From positions 551-64,550 of the forward strand of contig JBNMKK010000006.1 in the NCBI GenBank assembly GCA_050874325.1: a DNA stretch of 64,000 bases. Reading direction: 5' to 3'. A program made the position numbers and the translations under genes. Numbering within the stretch: the first letter of the stretch is position 1; each line of letters begins with the position of its first letter. Below the pieces are notes generated by a model. It worked only from the letters and a program-made list of their open reading frames with translations, was not told where the DNA came from and ran no database searches. Shown piece by piece: positions 47,030-56,935 of this stretch. Source of the DNA: Coprococcus sp. Its GTDB lineage: Bacteria; Bacillota; Clostridia; Lachnospirales; Lachnospiraceae.

Positions 47030-48363
47030 CACGCCTGACGGTCTGTTTTGATTTTCAGATTTCTATTTATCACAATCACCGCTGTCACAAGCGGTATACT
47101 GAGGAATATCAGTTTCGTACACCGCATTCCGGCTATCCCCACCACAAGACTGACGGCAAATATTCCAAACTGATTCCCTATTCCATAGGCAAATGTCGAC
47201 ATAGCCGAGGCTCTGCCTCTCACCTCCGGAGCGGCACACTCCATCACCATCATATTGATGAGCTCCTCTGAGGAATAATAAAATCCACTCATGCATCCCC
47301 ACAGTATTCCCAGCAAAGCAGGCGATGTTATATGATCAACGCCAAATATAAATACACAGCCTGTCAAGAGGCTTAGCACGATTCCTGCCGCAACCACATT
47401 TTCACGGCGCAGTCTGTCAGCCGCAATGCCCGTGATAACATTCACCACAAGTGCAGTCACCGGCTGCCACATCAGAACAAGGTTGACATTTTTCTCACTC
47501 ATTCCACCAAATGCCAAAAGGGGCTCATTGTAATACTGTATTCCAGCTGTGGCAAGTCCGACAGCGCAAATGGATATAAGCAATGCCTTGGTTTTGTTTT
47601 GTTTACACAATTCCTTAAGTGTATGTATAAAATGTAACTTTCCATCCTTTACATATTCCCCATTTATGGATGTTCCGTTTGTGGACGTTTCATTACTTAT
47701 CTCATATAGACTTGAAGTATCGGATGACCTGCTATTTCCCGCTGCAGTTCTAACCACCACGTATATTCCCATACACACAAGTATTCCAACACCGCCGGCA
47801 ATCCCCACCATATATATATCCTGCCAGCTATGCCCGGATCTATTGGCAATCCAAGATCTCATCAGTGGAATACACATAGCAGCCGCCATGGCTGTTCCTC
47901 CGCATATTCCCCTCACCGTGGCGCGTCTGTTTGCCGGGAGCATATCCACTATGTATATCATATGGATGTCCAATGAATAGCCAAGTATCAGTATCCCATT
48001 CCCAAGGAGATAGATTATAAGGCTGTCTGCCAACATACAGATGGCACTGCCCACAGCAAGAAGTGCTACGTTTATGAACAGCATCACCTTTCTCCCCACT
48101 ATATCCGCATAGGATCTCACAAAAGGCGTGAGCATCCCAATGAGATAAAATGGCAGCATCATCCTGCTCATATACGCCACTCCTTCATCCGCACTCATTC
48201 CGCGGGCATCTATAAGAAATGTTGTAACCGACAGCGACTGCGTCCTCCCGAATATCTCTGTGCAGTAGGAATCTATGAACTGGATTAGTATTATTACGGA
48301 GGCAACGGCAATAGCCGTTACCCCCAGATTTTTCTTATTGCGATCTACTGTACCGTTATTCAT
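47029..48363 (-). CDS. MFS transporter
   Basis: 12-TM pattern, ADIVGRK loop motif, IAADRLRR, PEVRGRA. Its ATG overlaps the stop of the PBECR4-like gene (ATGAATAA). Confidence 0.88.
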   Translation of the reverse strand: MNNGTVDRNKKNLGVTAIAVASVIILIQFIDSYCTEIFGRTQSLSVTTFLIDARGMSADEGVAYMSRMMLPFYLIGMLTPFVRSYADIVGRKVMLFINVALLAVGSAICMLADSLIIYLLGNGILILGYSLDIHMIYIVDMLPANRRATVRGICGGTAMAAAMCIPLMRSWIANRSGHSWQDIYMVGIAGGVGILVCMGIYVVVRTAAGNSRSSDTSSLYEISNETSTNGTSINGEYVKDGKLHFIHTLKELCKQNKTKALLISICAVGLATAGIQYYNEPLLAFGGMSEKNVNLVLMWQPVTALVVNVITGIAADRLRRENVVAAGIVLSLLTGCVFIFGVDHITSPALLGILWGCMSGFYYSSEELINMMVMECAAPEVRGRASAMSTFAYGIGNQFGIFAVSLVVGIAGMRCTKLIFLSIPLVTAVIVINRNLKIKTDRQA

Positions 48364-48970
48364 CCAACTCTATTTTCTCCTGTATCTCATCTTTAAGATT
48401 TTTCAACCTGCCTATATCACCATATGTCACTATATGATATTTTTTCTCACCTGTTTTTTTCTTCAATACATGTGATACCGGATATATATTATCTGATTTA
48501 CTACTATCTATCCCCTCTACTCTAAAAGAATATGGTACTTTACACTTTCCCTGTATCTCTCCCAGCGAATTTTTGTCATCCCCTAAGCATACTGTAAACT
48601 CCTGATTTGCAACTCCTAATTTATAAGAAAACGTCTTCGTCTCTATGTCTGTGATTACGCTCGCGTCTTTATCGGTAATATCACTCAATTCAATAAGGAT
48701 ACCAGTTTTCTTATCTGCAAGGTCATAAGGATGATCTTCATTGAAAAAAATCTCTCCCGGTCGTAATCCCCGCTGTGCCAAAGCATGATTATAAAAATCG
48801 TCAGCCCTAAGTAATGATGCCACTCCCGTCAAATGCATAAATGAGGATTTCTTAAACATAACCTCAAAATAATCATCATCAAATACAAACATATATGTAT
48901 TTCCTACAAATATCTCCTTATATTTTAATGCTGCGTTATGTATCCTTCTTATTATCTGTGATTTTCCCAC
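48356..48970 (-). CDS. PBECR4-like (BECR-fold) putative ribonuclease / toxin
   Basis: AALKYKEIFVG..YMFVFD..FEVMFK..FMHLTGV and DHPYDLA resemble PBECR4-domain proteins as I recall them. The true start is likely GTG at 48970, 6 nt after AGGAGG (204 aa). Confidence 0.75.
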   Translation of the reverse strand: MGKSQIIRRIHNAALKYKEIFVGNTYMFVFDDDYFEVMFKKSSFMHLTGVASLLRADDFYNHALAQRGLRPGEIFFNEDHPYDLADKKTGILIELSDITDKDASVITDIETKTFSYKLGVANQEFTVCLGDDKNSLGEIQGKCKVPYSFRVEGIDSSKSDNIYPVSHVLKKKTGEKKYHIVTYGDIGRLKNLKDEIQEKIELDE

Positions 48971-48992
48971 TCCACTCCTCCTTATAGTACAT

Positions 48993-49021
48993 AAAAAGGG
49001 AAGCTCATCGCTTCCCTTTTT
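48993..49021 (-). terminator. Intrinsic terminator immediately upstream of the PBECR4-like gene
   Basis: Perfect 12-bp inverted repeat AAAAAGGGAAGC-GATGA-GCTTCCCTTTTT, ending 22 nt before the GTG. Confidence 0.92.
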
Positions 49022-49203
49022 GAATAACCACTGGCCGTTCGCCTTGATATCATTCAAGGCATCAGCGTATGACCTAATCCTCATACTGGATATGATATTG
49101 TACTTAAGTACTTTCGTATCACCCGAATCATTATATTGATATCATCGCAATAATATAGCCACGGATTCTTTGTTGCTCCGTGTGCAACCCAGTGCTTTCT
49201 TAT
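48993..49203 (-). ncRNA. Candidate structured non-coding RNA (putative RNA antitoxin), about 210 nt
   Basis: Bounded by a sigma-A promoter and a terminator; contains an H-type pseudoknot (49160-49188) and the hairpin GCCTTGA/TCAAGGC (49041-49060); no SD-supported ORF. Confidence 0.55.
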
Positions 49204-49208
49204 CTATT

Positions 49209-49237
49209 ATACTATACTAAACATTTGTAAATGTCAA
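49209..49237 (-). promoter_or_regulatory. Sigma-A promoter directly after the tyrS stop codon
   Basis: Minus strand TTGACA-N17-TAGTAT (overlapping TATAGT and TATAAT also present). Confidence 0.75.
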
Positions 49238-49247
49238 CGTATATCCC

Positions 49248-50468
49248 TTACTTACTAACCTTCCTGAAGTTCTTCTTACCACGTCTGACAACAACTCCCT
49301 CACCGTCAAACTTCTCCTCAGGGATTGCAGTCTGGACATCTGTAACTTTCTCACCGTCAACTGCGACACCGCCCTGCTCTACGGCACGTCTGCCCTCGTT
49401 TCGTGATGTTACAAGTCCTGACTTTACAAGAACTGATACGATATCAATGGCTCCATCCTTGAAGTCATCTGCTGCAAGTGTCACTGATGGCATGTCTGCT
49501 GCAACGCCCTTTGAGAACAGCGCTCTTGCACTCTCCTGAGCCTTTACAGCCTCCTCCTCGCCGTGTACAAGCTTTGTGAGCTCGTATGCAAGGATCTCCT
49601 TTGCCTGGTTGAGCTGGCTGCCCTCCCAGCTGTCCATCTTGTCGATCTCCTCAAGTGGAAGGAATGTCAACATACGGATACACTTCAGAACATCTGCATC
49701 TGCGACATTTCTCCAGTACTGGTAAAACTCAAATGGTGAAGTCTTATTAGGATCAAGCCAAACAGCACCCTTCTGTGTCTTACCCATCTTCTTGCCCTCT
49801 GAGTTGAGCAGAAGTGTGATAGTCATGGCATATGCATCCTTGCCAAGCTTTCTTCTGATAAGCTCTGTACCACCGAGCATGTTGCTCCACTGGTCATCAC
49901 CGCCGAACTGCATGTTGCAGCCGTACTTCTGGTACAGTGCATAGAAATCGTAGCTCTGCATGATCATGTAGTTGAACTCAAGGAAACTAAGTCCCTTCTC
50001 CATACGCTGCTTGTAGCACTCTGCGCGGAGCATGTTGTTTACTGAGAAACAAGCACCAACGTCACGGAGAACATCAACGTAGTTCAGATCAAGCAGCCAG
50101 TCTGCGTTGTTGACAAGGAGTGCCTTGTCCTCTGAGAAGTCGATGAACTTGCTCATCTGTTTCTTGAAACAGTCTACATTGTGCTGGATAGTCTCCTTTG
50201 TCATCATCTGTCTCATATCTGTACGGCCTGACGGATCACCTATCATGGCTGTACCACCGCCTATCAGCGCGATAGGCTTGTTGCCTGCCATCTGAAGTCT
50301 CTTCATCAGACAGAGCGCCATGAAATGGCCTACATGCAGGCTGTCAGCAGTCGGATCAAATCCAATATAGAATACTGCCTTACCATTATTTACCAAATCT
50401 CTAATTTCATCTTCATCTGTTGTCTGCGCTATAAGCCCTCTGGCTACAAGCTCGTCATAAATCTGCAT
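49248..50468 (-). CDS. tyrS: Tyrosine--tRNA ligase
   Basis: [43 protein letters not shown]-terminal S4 domain (RRGKKNF). Confidence 0.98.
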   Translation of the reverse strand: MQIYDELVARGLIAQTTDEDEIRDLVNNGKAVFYIGFDPTADSLHVGHFMALCLMKRLQMAGNKPIALIGGGTAMIGDPSGRTDMRQMMTKETIQHNVDCFKKQMSKFIDFSEDKALLVNNADWLLDLNYVDVLRDVGACFSVNNMLRAECYKQRMEKGLSFLEFNYMIMQSYDFYALYQKYGCNMQFGGDDQWSNMLGGTELIRRKLGKDAYAMTITLLLNSEGKKMGKTQKGAVWLDPNKTSPFEFYQYWRNVADADVLKCIRMLTFLPLEEIDKMDSWEGSQLNQAKEILAYELTKLVHGEEEAVKAQESARALFSKGVAADMPSVTLAADDFKDGAIDIVSVLVKSGLVTSRNEGRRAVEQGGVAVDGEKVTDVQTAIPEEKFDGEGVVVRRGKKNFRKVSK

Positions 50469-50569
50469 GTCCTATAGACCTCCTACTTTTTTCTTCTATC
50501 ATAGCTAGTCGCAAAGCAACTATCTATTTTCTTATATTAAATATGTAGCAACTTGCCACACAGACAGTT

Positions 50570-50599
50570 ATTATAACATTTAACCATGTCCAGTGACAA
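50570..50599 (-). promoter_or_regulatory. Putative promoter of tyrS
   Basis: TTGTCA-N18-TATAAT with an extended TGn -10. Confidence 0.55.
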
Positions 50600-50634
50600 G
50601 TAAGTTCAACCATAAATATGGCTGTTTTACTATA

Positions 50635-52248
50635 TTATTTACTATTTTGCATTTGCATCTTCCTGTTTCTGTAGATTCCTGCAGCCATAGCGGTAAGCAG
50701 GAAAATGTAAGGTGTTGTGAGCGACTGGTTGAGGTTGAAGAATGCCTGGGTCGCATAGCCTGCTATTCCCAGGGCGACTGCTATACACTCACAGAGATTT
50801 CGGTCGGTACCGCCGAATGCACACTTTATCATGCTCACAAATGCTGACACGATAAGTCCTATATATGTCACAGCGCCCAATATTCCCGTTGTCACCAGAT
50901 ACTGCAGATACTCATTGTGAGCATTGTCATACACAACTCCAACTTTTGCCATCATCTCGTCATAGAATCCGGATGTCATTATATCCATAACAGATTCATT
51001 TCCATTCCCGAACAACTTATTCACAAATGGGAGATCGCTATATACTCTGGCAAGCCGCCTCCACACATAACCGCGGAAGTTTCCCCAGGAGTCGTCAAAC
51101 TTAAATATCCCGCCAGCTTTCACTGAACTGTAGATTACCATGCCAATGACTCCTGCTATGACTATCGCCAAACTTATCACAAACGGAACTTTTCCGCCAA
51201 ATTTGCCAGATGTTTTTTCATTTTGGTCCTGTGATCGTCCAAATTTTTCCACAGCCAGCAATATGATCCTTATCACCGCAAGCGCGCCCGAAACCGCTGC
51301 GATCAAGCCTGTGTATCTTGCAAAATTGCTGATACCATCGAGCTTTGCTATGCTGTCCGGTGAAGTCTTCAGCATCAAACTCACAGTAAGAAATCCCAGC
51401 GACATTGCAAGTACAAGCTCCAGAAATTCCTTGAACTTTCCACCATATGCAGACACAAGGAACACTATGACAACCGCTGCACTGACACCTGCATACGCCA
51501 GATTTGCATTTGTGACAACTATGGCTGCTGCCCCTGTGAACACCGCCGCCCACGCCGAGAGCTTTGACCAATTGAACTTCCAGATAGCATCGCCGTCATA
51601 TATCCTCCGTTCATCAAGGCCAGCCCCCAGTGTAACCGGGATCAATATACACAGAAAGCTTGCGAATATATCGATATTGCCAAATGTCGATATGTATATA
51701 TCCCTTATGCTGGATGCAAGGCCATCCCTTATCTCAAGGAAATCAATACCTATATACTGGAATACTGCAACTATACATGTGAATGCACCAACGAACATAA
51801 ACGCCGGAAGTACAAACTTTTTAAGTCTGAGTTCACGTCCCATACAGATATAAAGGATAAAGGCAAGGATCATGAACTGAAGTCCGCATCTCCTGCCCTC
51901 CTCACCTGTGTATGCTGCCATCTTATCTGACGCCATGACAAACGCCATGATGTTGGCGAGGAAAAATCCTGCCATAAACCAATCCGTTGCAATGAAATTC
52001 CTTTTGTCTTTGAACTTTGAAAATGGATTTCTTCCGTCAAATATATCAAGCAGAACCGCAAGCACCATGAGCACGGCGTATATACACAGAGCCACCTCAA
52101 ATGCCTTATATTTTGTCAGTGTTATATCAAAATATTTGTCATGCATTATCAATGGATATACAGCTCCCATATATAGCAGAAATGCAATGCTGAGCCAGTT
52201 CTGTGTTGTCATTCCATCGTCGCATTTCTTTTTATATATCTTATTCAT
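50635..52248 (-). CDS. O-antigen ligase (Wzy_C) family membrane protein
   Basis: Many TM segments; STFGNID, RGYVWR, GNGNE and NAHNEYLQYLVTTGILG. Confidence 0.85.
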   Translation of the reverse strand: MNKIYKKKCDDGMTTQNWLSIAFLLYMGAVYPLIMHDKYFDITLTKYKAFEVALCIYAVLMVLAVLLDIFDGRNPFSKFKDKRNFIATDWFMAGFFLANIMAFVMASDKMAAYTGEEGRRCGLQFMILAFILYICMGRELRLKKFVLPAFMFVGAFTCIVAVFQYIGIDFLEIRDGLASSIRDIYISTFGNIDIFASFLCILIPVTLGAGLDERRIYDGDAIWKFNWSKLSAWAAVFTGAAAIVVTNANLAYAGVSAAVVIVFLVSAYGGKFKEFLELVLAMSLGFLTVSLMLKTSPDSIAKLDGISNFARYTGLIAAVSGALAVIRIILLAVEKFGRSQDQNEKTSGKFGGKVPFVISLAIVIAGVIGMVIYSSVKAGGIFKFDDSWGNFRGYVWRRLARVYSDLPFVNKLFGNGNESVMDIMTSGFYDEMMAKVGVVYDNAHNEYLQYLVTTGILGAVTYIGLIVSAFVSMIKCAFGGTDRNLCECIAVALGIAGYATQAFFNLNQSLTTPYIFLLTAMAAGIYRNRKMQMQNSK

Positions 52249-52260
52249 CGTATGTCTCCT

Positions 52261-53790
52261 TTAAAGCAGCGGTGACAACAGATTGAGAATTGGTCCTATC
52301 AGTGACACTCTGCTTATATTTTTTCTGCACCACAGTATATCTATCTCCTCCGACTCCTCAAACGTGGTGAACATATCCTTCTTGACATCCTCTATCGCCT
52401 TGCAGTCATACAGCAGCGCACCACATTCAAAGTGGTGGTAGAAACTTCTGTTATCCATATTGATAGAGCCGACAGATGCAAGTCTTCCGTCCATGAGCAA
52501 CGTCTTGGAATGAATGAATCCCGGTGTGTACTGATATATCCTCACGCCTGCAAGCAGCAGTTCTTTGTAGTTAAACTGTGTCATCTTGTATATATATTTC
52601 TTATCCGGAATGGCTGGTGTCACTATACGCACATCCACTCCTCTCTTGGCTGCCAGTTTCAACGCCGTCATGAGTTCATTGCACACTATCAGATACGGAG
52701 TGAATATGTATATATACTCCTGTGCGTCATTTATCATCTGGATATACAGGTTCTCTCCCACATTTTCACCGGTGAGAGGACTTGACTTGTACGGCTGCAC
52801 ATACCCATCCTCTATGGATGTGAAATCAACCTCTGGCTTATAGCTCAGATAGCTGCCTTCCGAATAGCGGAAATAGTTCCACATCTGAAGAAACATAACT
52901 GTGAAACTCCACGCGCCCTCTCCCTCAAGTCTCACTCCGCTGTCCTTCCATCTTCCATACTTTGTGATACGGTTTATATATTCATCCGCCATGTTATATC
53001 CACCGGTGTGAGCGATCTTGCCGTCGATCACCGTTATCTTTCTGTGGTCACGGTTGTTGAATATCGTTGCAAGGAATGGAACCACCTGGTTAAATGCCAT
53101 ACATTTGATCCCGCATGCCTCAAGTTCCTTCCAGTAATACTTCGGAACATTGAACACTGAGCCTATATCATCATACATAAATCTGACATCCAGCCCCTCG
53201 GCAGCCTTACGTTTCAGGATATCCAGGATCGTATCCCACATATATCCCTTATCCACAATGAAATACTCCATGAAGATATATTTCTCTGCGCTCTCCAGAT
53301 CTCGTATAAGATCATCCATGACATCATCACCGATGGCATAATACTTCACTTTTGTATGTCGATACAGAGGCGCCTGTGCGATATTCTCCATGTAATTACA
53401 TATCCTGTATGTCGGCTCATCCTTGATATCCGAGGCCTGACACACGTTGTCGCCCTTGACATTCTCATACACTTCCTGCTGCATGACTCTGAGCATATTC
53501 TTCTTGAGTCTCTTCGGGATAAGAACATGACCATAAAGCACATACATAAATCCACCAAGCACAGGGAACAGCAATATAGGTACCATCCATGCCATCTTTA
53601 TCATAGGATTGGTATCCTTTGTTATGAGATGAAACACCACTATGACACTCAGAAGTTTCAGTATTCCGGAAATATATATATACCTTTCCTGCAGCAATAC
53701 GATCCCAAATATCATCACAGCCAGCTGGACGACAACCAACAGACACGTTATCACCATCCTGCTAAGGAGTTTGTTAAGTATTTTTTTCAT
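52261..53790 (-). CDS. cls: Cardiolipin synthase
   Basis: N-terminal TM segments and two HKD motifs (RDHRKITVIDG, FIHSKTLLMDG); YIFTPY. Confidence 0.93.
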   Translation of the reverse strand: MKKILNKLLSRMVITCLLVVVQLAVMIFGIVLLQERYIYISGILKLLSVIVVFHLITKDTNPMIKMAWMVPILLFPVLGGFMYVLYGHVLIPKRLKKNMLRVMQQEVYENVKGDNVCQASDIKDEPTYRICNYMENIAQAPLYRHTKVKYYAIGDDVMDDLIRDLESAEKYIFMEYFIVDKGYMWDTILDILKRKAAEGLDVRFMYDDIGSVFNVPKYYWKELEACGIKCMAFNQVVPFLATIFNNRDHRKITVIDGKIAHTGGYNMADEYINRITKYGRWKDSGVRLEGEGAWSFTVMFLQMWNYFRYSEGSYLSYKPEVDFTSIEDGYVQPYKSSPLTGENVGENLYIQMINDAQEYIYIFTPYLIVCNELMTALKLAAKRGVDVRIVTPAIPDKKYIYKMTQFNYKELLLAGVRIYQYTPGFIHSKTLLMDGRLASVGSINMDNRSFYHHFECGALLYDCKAIEDVKKDMFTTFEESEEIDILWCRKNISRVSLIGPILNLLSPLL

Positions 53791-53833
53791 GCATGTATAC
53801 CTTACCTTTCTTCACGTTCTCTTTCTATAAGCC

Positions 53834-53867
53834 AAAAACCGGTATATGTTTTGTGGCACATACCGGT
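53834..53867 (-). terminator. Terminator after copA
   Basis: Minus strand ACCGGTATGTG..CATATACCGGT followed by TTTTT. Confidence 0.75.
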
Positions 53868-53892
53868 CTGTCATATATTATACTGTTCAAGG

Positions 53893-56535
53893 TTACTGTA
53901 CTGAGATCACCTTATAGTCCTGATCCTCAACAGCCTTTGTGAGAACTGCATCATCCACATCAGCGTTCAATGTCACAACAGCTGTGCCCTTCTCGTGACT
54001 TACCTCAGCCACATCTACCTGTGGCAAAGCCTCAAGACTCTTCTTTACTCTTGCCTCGCAATGTCCACACATCATGCCTTCGATCTTCATTGTCTTCTTC
54101 ATATTATCATTTCCCTTCTTATCTTCATCTCTTACTATATTTTTACTGTTTTCATCTTTTTTATCCAGGCTGCCAGATTCTTCCTCTTTAGCTCCAACAG
54201 ATCTGTATCTGTATTTCTCCTTGATTCTGTATCTATTATTTTTATCATAAATATCAGCCAAATTCAACCTCAGTGCATTTGTAACTACACAAAAACTTGA
54301 AAGACTCATTGCAAATGCTCCAAACATCGGATTTAATGTCCATCCAAATATCGGTATCCACACGCCAGCCGCAAGCGGTATTCCTATTACATTGTAGATA
54401 AATGCCCAGAATAGATTCTCCTTGATATTTCGCATTGCCGCCATGCTGAGCCTTATCGCCGCCGGAACATCCATGAGTGAACTCTTCATCAGCACTATAT
54501 CCGCCGCATCTATGGCAATATCCGTTCCTGCTCCTATGGCAATTCCTATATTTGCCCTGGTGAGAGCCGGTGCATCATTGATCCCGTCACCCACCATGAT
54601 CACATTTGCATCCTCCATGAGCTCTCTGACAACCTTTTCCTTGCCATCTGGGAGGACTCCGGCAATGACTCTGTCAACTCCGACCTGTGATCCTATGGCA
54701 TTTGCAGTTCTCTCATTGTCTCCTGTCAGCATGACGACCGAGAGTCCCATCTTCTGCATCTCCTCTATAGCATTCCTGCTCTCCTCCTTGACCACATCTG
54801 CAACAGCAATTATTCCAAGCACCTTCTTTTCTTCTGCCATTGCAAAGAACATCGGCGTCTTACCCTGACCTGCCAGCCTGTCCGCCTCGGAATCCAACTC
54901 ATCAGAGATCATCGCAAATCCGCTTACATAACCCCTGTTGCCACCGACCACAGACACGCCATCAATCACTCCCGAAAGTCCATGCCCAGGAGCCGCCTTG
55001 AATTCTGTCACAGTCTGGTTCCCGGATCTCTCTCGTATATCATTGTATGCGGAATTTTCGTTCCACTCATCAACTATTGCCTTTGCAAGAGGATGCTCAC
55101 TCTTTCCCTCCAGCGCCGCCGCCAGCATGACAAGCTTTTCACCACTTATACCCTCCACCGGTATTATATCAGTCACAACCGGAGTACCCTTTGTGATCGT
55201 GCCTGTCTTATCCAAAACGACTATACCTGTCTTCCCAGTCTCCTCGAGGGCTGTTGCGGTCTTAAAAAGGATTCCATGTTTTGCACCCATTCCATTTCCT
55301 ACCATGATAGCAACAGGAGTTGCAAGCCCCAGCGCACACGGACAACTGATAACAAGGACTGATATTCCCCTTGCCAGTGCGTATCCCACTTCCTTCCCGG
55401 CTATGAGCCACACTATCATAGTAACCACCGCAATTGCGATGACAATTGGCACGAACACGCCTGATACCTTATCTGCGATCTTGGCTATAGGTGCTTTTGA
55501 TGCCGCAGCATCACTCACCATATTTATTATCTTGGACAGTGCTGTATCAGTTCCAACCTGTGTTGCCCTGCATTTTAAATAACCGGACTGATTTATTGTT
55601 GCCGCTGACACCCGGCTTCCTGTACTCTTATCAACAGGTATGCTCTCACCTGAGAGCGCCGATTCATCGACAGCGGAATCACCCTCTATGACCACTCCGT
55701 CAACAGGTATACTCTCACCAGGCTTTACAGCAAATATATCTCCGACAGCCACCTCGTCTATTCCTACTGTCACTTCCCCTCCGTCCCGTATGAGTACTGC
55801 TGTCTTCGGGGCAAGATCCATCAGTCCCTTAAGGGCATCTGTTGTACGGCCCTTCGAATACGCCTCAAGAGTCTTTCCCACGGTTATGAGCGCAAGTATC
55901 ATGGCAGCTGATTCGAAATAAAAATCATGCATCAGCGTCATGACCTCCGCATCATTTCCAGCTGTCTGTGCCGCAGTCATAGCAAATAACACATACACAC
56001 TGTATATAAATGATGCACCTGATCCCATAGCTACCAATGTATCCATATTCGGAGCACCATGTATCGCTCCCTTAAAACCACTTATAAAGAATTTCTGATT
56101 TATGACCATCACCAAAATGGTGAGCAGCATCTGAGTTAGCCCCATCGCCACATGATTTCCATCGAAAAATGACGGCAGTGGCCAATTCCACATCATATGT
56201 CCCATTGATATATACATCAGTGGGATCAGTATTATGATCGATGCTATGAGTCTGGTCTTCATCTTTGACAATGCGGCATCATTTTCCGATCCCACTCCAG
56301 CATCTTGTTTTTTTTCAAGTGCGTTCTGTCCCGCACCACCCGCAAGTGTGGCACCATAACCTGCCTTCTCAACCGCTGATATGATAGCCCCGCTCGAGGC
56401 ATCGCCATCTACCATCATGGAGTTTGTCAGAAGGTTTACCTGGCATGTCCTGACGCCATCCACCTTTGAAACTGCCTTTTCAACTCTTGCGCTGCATGCA
56501 CTGCAGCTCATTCCTGTAACATTGTATTTATCCAA
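53893..56535 (-). CDS. copA: Cu(I)-translocating P1B-type ATPase with N- and C-terminal HMA domains
   Basis: MSCSAC, TGES-like SGES, CPCALGLATP, DKTGT, EHPLA, GDGINDAPAL, YN and MSLSS, C-terminal MMCGHC. TTG start after AAGAAGG. Confidence 0.95.
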   Translation of the reverse strand: MDKYNVTGMSCSACSARVEKAVSKVDGVRTCQVNLLTNSMMVDGDASSGAIISAVEKAGYGATLAGGAGQNALEKKQDAGVGSENDAALSKMKTRLIASIIILIPLMYISMGHMMWNWPLPSFFDGNHVAMGLTQMLLTILVMVINQKFFISGFKGAIHGAPNMDTLVAMGSGASFIYSVYVLFAMTAAQTAGNDAEVMTLMHDFYFESAAMILALITVGKTLEAYSKGRTTDALKGLMDLAPKTAVLIRDGGEVTVGIDEVAVGDIFAVKPGESIPVDGVVIEGDSAVDESALSGESIPVDKSTGSRVSAATINQSGYLKCRATQVGTDTALSKIINMVSDAAASKAPIAKIADKVSGVFVPIVIAIAVVTMIVWLIAGKEVGYALARGISVLVISCPCALGLATPVAIMVGNGMGAKHGILFKTATALEETGKTGIVVLDKTGTITKGTPVVTDIIPVEGISGEKLVMLAAALEGKSEHPLAKAIVDEWNENSAYNDIRERSGNQTVTEFKAAPGHGLSGVIDGVSVVGGNRGYVSGFAMISDELDSEADRLAGQGKTPMFFAMAEEKKVLGIIAVADVVKEESRNAIEEMQKMGLSVVMLTGDNERTANAIGSQVGVDRVIAGVLPDGKEKVVRELMEDANVIMVGDGINDAPALTRANIGIAIGAGTDIAIDAADIVLMKSSLMDVPAAIRLSMAAMRNIKENLFWAFIYNVIGIPLAAGVWIPIFGWTLNPMFGAFAMSLSSFCVVTNALRLNLADIYDKNNRYRIKEKYRYRSVGAKEEESGSLDKKDENSKNIVRDEDKKGNDNMKKTMKIEGMMCGHCEARVKKSLEALPQVDVAEVSHEKGTAVVTLNADVDDAVLTKAVEDQDYKVISVQ

Positions 56536-56570
56536 TGCACACACCTTCTTTCTGTATCTTTGATCCTTTA

Positions 56571-56882
56571 TTACTTCATAAGTCTGGTGACTGTGTTTAC
56601 CAGATCCTCTATTGTCTCATCCTTGCCATTTCTTATATCGTCAGCCACACATGTCCTGATGTGTTCTGCAAGAAGTGCCTTGTTAAAGCTGTTGAGGGCA
56701 GCATTGATCGCCGATACCTGAAGTACTATATCCGTACAGTAGGCATCATTTTCAAGCATCCCTTTCACGCCTCTTATCTGTCCCTCTATCCTGTTGAGCC
56801 TGTTCATCAGCCTTTTATACTCTTCATCTGTTCTCTGCCGCTTTCTATCACCGCCGCAACAGCACGTATGCTCATCACTCAT
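56571..56882 (-). CDS. csoR: CsoR family metal-sensing repressor
   Basis: RLNRIEGQIRG, YCTDI, HIRTC. Start moved to ATG 56882. Confidence 0.93.
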   Translation of the reverse strand: MSDEHTCCCGGDRKRQRTDEEYKRLMNRLNRIEGQIRGVKGMLENDAYCTDIVLQVSAINAALNSFNKALLAEHIRTCVADDIRNGKDETIEDLVNTVTRLMK

Positions 56883-56935
56883 AGTATCCACCTTTCCTCT
56901 GCAAATATTTGCCTCAATTTGCTCTTTTCGAATTA

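Noticed and set aside
48971-49084. ORF-track start of the PBECR4-like gene at ATG 49084
   Set aside because: No SD, and the extension runs through the RNA hairpins and the terminator. GTG 48970 has a perfect AGGAGG.
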